Below, piece by piece: positions 60,101-64,000 of a DNA stretch of 64,000 nt. The translations under genes and the position numbers were made by a program. Under the pieces are notes generated by a model. It made no database searches and was not told the origin of the DNA. It saw only the letters and a program-made list of their open reading frames with translations. Every line of letters begins with the position of its first letter. The first letter of the stretch is position 1. This stretch comes from Candidatus Sumerlaeia bacterium (GTDB lineage Bacteria > Sumerlaeota > Sumerlaeia > JADFCW01): contig JAOAGV010000006.1 of the NCBI GenBank assembly GCA_026415575.1, positions 4,028-68,027 of the forward strand. Reading direction: 5' to 3'.

Positions 60101-60791
60101 CTGCACGTCCAATCTGATTGCGGCCAACGGCGTGCTGAACGCACCAGACTACACGCTGAGTTGCGTGTGCAGCTATCAGAACCAGACATCCGTGGCCATG
60201 ATCTATACGCCCGATGTCGAGGTATGGACGTGGGGGGCCGTCGAATCGTCCGAAGGGCCGATCCGGCGGGCTGGCATCAATTTCGGCGCGCCGGGCGATC
60301 GCATCGCCGACAATGGCACGCTCTGGATGGAATACCCCGTTCCCGATTTCGGCGACAAGGTTGAAAAAGGACTGACCTTTCCAAACTTGGATATCCGGGT
60401 TGAGCCGGAATCGCCCAAATGGTTCCGCCGCCATTCGTCTTGGTTCCCCGGTGATCCCATGGCATGGGTTACGGCTTCGGGCGCAGTGGGCCTGACCAAG
60501 ATAACAATCCCGTTGGGCAATTCAGCGCCGTGTGCGTATCGGGTGAGGCTGTTTTTTGCCGAGCCGGACGGCATCGCGCCCGGGCAACGGCGTTTCGATG
60601 TCGCCCTTCAGGGGCGGGAAGTGTTGACGGATTTCGATATCGCCCGGACGGCAGGATTGAATGGTCGGAGCGTTGTTAAAGAATTCTCCGGCATTCTGGC
60701 GGAAGAATCCCTGATCGTGTCATTGACTCCGGATGATGATGCGCCGATTCGAGAGCCGGTTATTTGCGGCATCGAAATTGTGGCCGAGTGA
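57111..60791 (+). CDS. Large secreted multidomain protein (1227 aa): PQQ-like beta-propeller / class-I SAM-methyltransferase-like Rossmann domain / second PQQ-like beta-propeller / C-terminal malectin-like carbohydrate-binding domain.
   Basis: Signal peptide MVSEKSRCVLSAFILLALVPCWAAS. RBS GAAGGAG. PQQ-repeat hallmarks (GKVYVVSDDGMLYCLRADDGTVVWKY, GKVYFAAGIWP, DAETGKRVWL). MTase-like motif I YCLVLGVGSGRLMEELARL with motif II VIGLDPD. Malectin-like C-terminus CAYRVRLFFAEPDGIAPGQRRFDVALQGREVLTDFDI...ICGIEIV. Confidence 0.75.
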   Translation: MVSEKSRCVLSAFILLALVPCWAASDWPMWRYDANRSAASPAELPDQLHPQWALTLPPLEPAWPEQMNESRMTFDHAYSPIVLGKTMFVGSSRDDSLRAYDTETASEKWRFYADAPIRFAPAAWNGKVYVVSDDGMLYCLRADDGTVVWKYRGGPSARKVLGNKRLVSTWLARGGPVVADGKVYFAAGIWPFMGVFIYCLDAETGKRVWLNDGSGSIYMQSPHSGAFAFNAVAPQGYLVVVGNTLLVPNGRAAAAGFDRRTGELLYFRFAEHGKNGTCHTAAVGEVFNNSNKLCSVSDGKPMADLRDGAILTETIVYTAGDGRIQALTLGKKLSRRWSYSARQTELFCKAGSRLYAGGPDRVVALEDLGDSYTVRWESAIHGTPAQMLAADNKLFVVTREGRIYCFGEREGPTVLRGKPLAPPTWPAQDDWTEKVRAILSSTNVQDGYCLVLGVGSGRLMEELARLSNLNVIGLDPDGQKVEQLRRRWDDKIGIARERLSILQGDIYTAQLPPYLASLILTEDPEASGIQQGVQFVEKIFHSLRPYGGKVCFPAETEVLFRKAAGGGQLANAQIARAGDFALLERAGALPGAADWTHQYGDPANTGVSKDKLVKAPLGLLWFGGSSNNAMLPRHRHGPPEQVVGGRMFIEGQDLMRAVDVYTGRILWETHLPGIGHNFVKFPITAENEKHEPGANHMGSNFAVTTDGVYVCHGPACLRLDPATGQVRSTFALAGEETCSQVRVYGDLLVLAFDPLLLDFQPLGENNWNGASSRRLVVMNRHSGEVLWQRSARHAFHHNTIIVGNNTVFCIDRLPPGQEAKLKRRGRKPASVGAQYCLLALDVHTGEQIWSTTETVFGTWLGYSQEHDILLQGARQSADMVRGEPGGRLIAYRGRDGSVLWDKREDVDQGPYLIHNDVLYMQQGNYKPMGALYLRTGETYMREHPLTGETVPWQFIRNKGCGTAIACENLLTFRSGAAAFYDLTTNGGVGNLGGFRSGCTSNLIAANGVLNAPDYTLSCVCSYQNQTSVAMIYTPDVEVWTWGAVESSEGPIRRAGINFGAPGDRIADNGTLWMEYPVPDFGDKVEKGLTFPNLDIRVEPESPKWFRRHSSWFPGDPMAWVTASGAVGLTKITIPLGNSAPCAYRVRLFFAEPDGIAPGQRRFDVALQGREVLTDFDIARTAGLNGRSVVKEFSGILAEESLIVSLTPDDDAPIREPVICGIEIVAE

Positions 60792-60812
60792 TACAAATGG
60801 AAGGGATGCATT

Positions 60813-61454
60813 ATGAAGTCCAACACAAATCGGCGGCAGTTTCTTCAGACTGCAGGAGCCGCAGCCGGGGCGGCAATCCCACCGGGCTTTTGGCCAGCAA
60901 CGCCGAGAGCGGTCAACCCTTCCGACGCAGACCGGAAAACGACAGCCGCTTCGAGTGCAAAGAAGGCGCGCGTTCTTGAACGCAAATCAAAAGCCACGCT
61001 TACGCCCATCGGCCTGAACCACGGCGAGACCCTGCGGTTCGTTTTGCGCGACGGCCGGCCGTGGGAAATGACGCTGCTTGCGACTTCTGCTGAAGTCATC
61101 CGGCGCCATTCGGCCCGACGCGGCCGGCTCGACCCCAACCACGAGAGCGGCGACATTGCCGCCTATGCCTTCGACTGCGACGTGCGGATCAACGGAACGG
61201 CGCATCATTTGCGCCGGGAAGTGGCCACGCAGGCCAGCTTCTACGAGCCGTGGGAAGTGGACGGCGTCCGTCTGTGGTTCGATGCCGTTTCCTGTGCTTT
61301 CAAGGAAGACGGCGGATTTATGGCCGAGAAAGATTGGCGCGGCGGACTGCTGTGCAAGCCTTTCCACAAGGCACGCTTTGCTGTCCACGAAGCCGATCTG
61401 CCAATCTGTCCTGAACCCATGCTCCCGTGGTATCCCACGACGCCGGTCGCATAG
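60813..61454 (+). CDS. Tat-signal hypothetical protein. Either the N-terminal part of a frameshifted gene or the upstream member of an overlapping gene pair.
   Basis: Tat signal MKSNTNRRQFLQTAGAAAGAAIPPG. No recognised domain. The 3' end overlaps the next ORF by 28 nt in a different frame. Confidence 0.5.
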   Translation: MKSNTNRRQFLQTAGAAAGAAIPPGFWPATPRAVNPSDADRKTTAASSAKKARVLERKSKATLTPIGLNHGETLRFVLRDGRPWEMTLLATSAEVIRRHSARRGRLDPNHESGDIAAYAFDCDVRINGTAHHLRREVATQASFYEPWEVDGVRLWFDAVSCAFKEDGGFMAEKDWRGGLLCKPFHKARFAVHEADLPICPEPMLPWYPTTPVA

Positions 61455-61885
61455 ACATCCGCGACTGCTACAACGGCGAGGATTGCTGGATGGGACCGTA
61501 TAATGGCGGCGCCGCCCATTGTGGCTTGGACATCAATATGAAGGCGGGGACGGTGCTGACGGCTCCCATCTCGTTTGACACCCATTATCTGTTCAATTCG
61601 GTTGCCGCCGGCTTCAATAACAACCGCTGGCGCGGGGTACGGCACTGGCCGGACGGGTCGGAGTGGTGGCTGCAAAGCCATCATCTAATCCGGATGCTCG
61701 TGCCCGAGCGGACAACGCTGGCAGCAGGAACCCCCTACGCCACCACGGCGGGCGTGATGGTGGGCGCGCATGAGCACACGCACTTTGTGTTTCGCATCCA
61801 CGAACAAGGCGGCGACTATTTGCTCGACCCTTGGATATTGTTTTGGGAGATTTTTCGCTGCCAGCGCAAAAAGGCTGCACGGTAG
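61427..61885 (+). CDS. M23 (LytM-type) metallopeptidase-like domain ORF. Possibly the C-terminal portion of the upstream gene after a frameshift.
   Basis: M23-like motifs HCGLD (HxGxD) ...VLTAPISF... and GAHEHTHFVF (HxH). No independent signal peptide. It is in frame -1/+2 relative to 60813..61454 with a 28-nt overlap. Confidence 0.4.
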   Translation: MVSHDAGRIDIRDCYNGEDCWMGPYNGGAAHCGLDINMKAGTVLTAPISFDTHYLFNSVAAGFNNNRWRGVRHWPDGSEWWLQSHHLIRMLVPERTTLAAGTPYATTAGVMVGAHEHTHFVFRIHEQGGDYLLDPWILFWEIFRCQRKKAAR

Positions 61886-61894
61886 AAGCCGGCG

Positions 61895-63559
61895 CTATCG
61901 GATGCGAACAAGGGCGGCGTCGTCAAACCATGCCGTATCGTCCGGCGACGTTTGGCCGCGAACGCCCAGAAGAATTATGAGCCAACCGGCGGGTTCCGGC
62001 ACCTCGACCACGCCAAATATCTCCTGCCATACGTCAGCGCCGCCTTCGGCAAAAAACACCCGGTCCTGCGATTCGGCTGTCCACTTCCCGTCGGCAGTCT
62101 GCCACCGGATGCGCAGCGAAGCCTCGCCTTTGCCCTGAATGCGGCGCATCACGCTTGCGGCATAGCGTTCGCCGGGTTTGACGGCATGTTTTTGCAGGAA
62201 ACAGCCGTCCGAAACACCCGCAGCGCACGCCGCACCCTTGGCTGTTGCCCCCTCGGCGCCATCCCATGAAAACAAACCTTTGGAGTCTTCCTTTTGCCAT
62301 GTGCTCCATTCGGCGGGGAGTTTCTGGCCGTCGCTGAAGTGGCCGTTGCGCGCAAGGTTTGTCAGCGTCCCCGATTTTTTCATCTCTGCAATACGCGTTC
62401 GCGCAAACTCGACGGGATTGCGGGCAAAGCCTAGGGCAGCCTCGCAGCCGGGCAACGCCTCGTCCCACGACTGCGCGCGCACGCTCTTGTTGGGCGTAGG
62501 CCACCAGCGAAACTTCTCGCCGTATATCCAGACATACTCGTCGGCCACGCGCAGCGCCGTGGCCACGTTTTCGCCCAGTCGCTCGACACGCGGCTTGCCC
62601 CTGCCGTCCACATACCAGGGCGATTCGGGCGGATTCCAATAGGCGTCGAGGTAGATGCCGAAGCCAACCTGCACTTGGGCGCGATATTTGGCGCGGTTTT
62701 CGGGCGAGACCAGCGCCTGACACACGCCCTTAATCCGAACCGCCGCTTCCAAAAAGTCCATCGCACCATTATAACGATACGCCGACTCGCAGCCGTCCAC
62801 AAACGTCACGGTCGGAGGCGCGGCGTCGAGCCAGCCGTCCAGAAAGGCGGGCAGAAGCCCGTAGCTCATGCCCGCAAGCGCTTGTTGCGGATTGCGATGA
62901 ACAGCCGCCGGGGCGACCACACTGTTGAGAAAATAGCAGAAGAGCGTGATGTCGGGATATTCCGCGGCGACGGCGCGCATGACTTCGCGGCCGCGCTCGC
63001 GCGCTTTGAGGCAATACTCCCCGAATGTGTGCCGGTTGCGCTGCGGCTGGGCGGCGTGGCTGAACTGTGCCCATGGCTTCGTATAGGGTTCCGGATCAAA
63101 GAGCAGACCTTTGAAGCCCGCCTGCTTGACGCACCACGCCGCAATCCGCCAGTGCTCAACAATCTCCTTCCAGCCGGCGTCGTCAAACCAGTCCACGTTG
63201 CCGGGATTGGCGCCGACGAGAACATAATTGTCGGTAAAACGCGAGAACGTACAGGAGCGGAGGCGGCCGATATCCGCCTCGAACCAAGCCCTTTGCCACT
63301 GCACGGCGCTGAAAGTTTGACGAACGGGAACAGCGCGGCCAGCCTCGTCCATTACCGTCAGTCCGATCACCACGCCGTCAAAGGGACGCCGCTCCATCTC
63401 GGCGAGGTTTTGCTTCAACCTTTCGGCATCGGCCATGTCCCAACCGGTGGCGATGAGTTTTTTTCGCGGCGGCTGTGCCTGCGCCGGAATACTTTGAACA
63501 CCGCAAAACGCTGCTGCGAAAATCCCGCACGCCAGTATCCAAAACTGCCGTTGTGTCAT
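61895..63559 (-). CDS. Secreted hypothetical glycan-active protein with a C-terminal CBM4/9-like carbohydrate-binding module.
   Basis: Signal peptide MTQRQFWILACGIFAAAFCGVQSIPAQA. RBS AGGAGG. C-terminal NGHFSDG...WSTW...VKPGERY...WFDDAALV matches the CBM_4_9 pattern. The N-terminal about 400 aa is unassigned. Confidence 0.55.
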   Translation of the reverse strand: MTQRQFWILACGIFAAAFCGVQSIPAQAQPPRKKLIATGWDMADAERLKQNLAEMERRPFDGVVIGLTVMDEAGRAVPVRQTFSAVQWQRAWFEADIGRLRSCTFSRFTDNYVLVGANPGNVDWFDDAGWKEIVEHWRIAAWCVKQAGFKGLLFDPEPYTKPWAQFSHAAQPQRNRHTFGEYCLKARERGREVMRAVAAEYPDITLFCYFLNSVVAPAAVHRNPQQALAGMSYGLLPAFLDGWLDAAPPTVTFVDGCESAYRYNGAMDFLEAAVRIKGVCQALVSPENRAKYRAQVQVGFGIYLDAYWNPPESPWYVDGRGKPRVERLGENVATALRVADEYVWIYGEKFRWWPTPNKSVRAQSWDEALPGCEAALGFARNPVEFARTRIAEMKKSGTLTNLARNGHFSDGQKLPAEWSTWQKEDSKGLFSWDGAEGATAKGAACAAGVSDGCFLQKHAVKPGERYAASVMRRIQGKGEASLRIRWQTADGKWTAESQDRVFFAEGGADVWQEIFGVVEVPEPAGWLIILLGVRGQTSPDDTAWFDDAALVRIR

Positions 63560-63699
63560 GAGGCTTCCCCTCCTGAGGTAGCTTCTCCCGAAATCGAAAG
63601 AATGTCATTCAATCATTCTGTGGCTGTTTTAGGGCTGCAAGGGCAAAAGCAAAATGAACTAAGGCCGCGCCCCTGTGATTATGTTCAAATCAGCGCCCT

Positions 63700-63910
63700 C
63701 TTTGGACTGCGGCAGCCATGCTGCCGCTTTCTTTTGCGCCAAAATCAAACCCGCCGGTGTATGCTTTGGACTGCGGCAGCCATGCTGCCGCTTTCTTTTT
63801 TGTCAACTCCCTCCGCCAAGCGCGGGTTCTTTCCGCAGCGCCGACGCTTTGTCTAACGACGGACGATTACAGCAAAGCGGCAGCATGGCTGCCGCACTCC
63901 AAAGCCCTTG
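63700..63910. repeat. Three copies (two direct, one inverted) of a REP-like element: an 8-bp-stem hairpin GCGGCAGC-cat-GCTGCCGC flanked by ctttgga and a T-run. It is terminator-like and bidirectional.
   Basis: Copy 1 ctttggactgcggcagccatgctgccgctttcttttg at about 63700. Copy 2 is identical at about 63764. The inverted copy (caaagcggcagcatggctgccgcactccaaag) is at about 63873. Confidence 0.6.
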
Positions 63911-64000
63911 GTGAAGTGCGAGTAGATTTTTCCGGCATCACGCGGCGGTCTTGCTTGCCCTCGCAGGAAACGTATTCCGATTTCGGGAGATGCACCCCCC

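Overview
High-GC (about 60-62%) bacterial chromosomal segment. Its gene content looks like a PVC-superphylum-type glycan degrader (Planctomycetota / Verrucomicrobiota / Kiritimatiellota-like): Tat-signal sulfatases with C-x-P-S-R motifs, a GH38 alpha-mannosidase, a Gfo/Idh/MocA oxidoreductase, a PQQ-propeller/malectin giant protein, a HEAT-repeat protein and an ECF sigma/anti-sigma pair. I call about 48 protein-coding genes. Housekeeping genes present: nusB, waaA(kdtA), carA, ndk, mutY, aroE, grpE-hsp70 and a prepilin peptidase. I could not recognise any rRNA, tRNA, CRISPR array, transposase, integrase or phage gene. From about 18.0 kb to 47.5 kb every gene is on the minus strand. The ORF track uses ATG/GTG/TTG starts, so many track ORFs carry spurious N-terminal extensions; I re-set starts where an RBS, a signal peptide or a family-typical N-terminus supported it. 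Most notable items: (1) a mutarotase / Na+:solute symporter (SSS) / small membrane protein / periplasmic sugar-binding lipoprotein operon, which suggests a binding-protein-dependent SSS transporter; (2) a divergent Hsp70 module made of a J-like TPR protein, GrpE, a short Hsp70 and a Zn-ribbon/TPR membrane protein; (3) an ECF sigma / anti-sigma pair followed by two tandem paralogous secreted proteins; (4) a translationally coupled beta-ketoacyl synthase plus Cys-less KS-like (chain-length-factor-like) pair with no other FAS/PKS genes nearby; (5) a 1227-aa PQQ-propeller / methyltransferase-like / propeller / malectin protein; (6) a split Tat-signal plus M23-peptidase-like gene, either a frameshift or an overlap; (7) several unusual repeat and palindrome families in intergenic regions.
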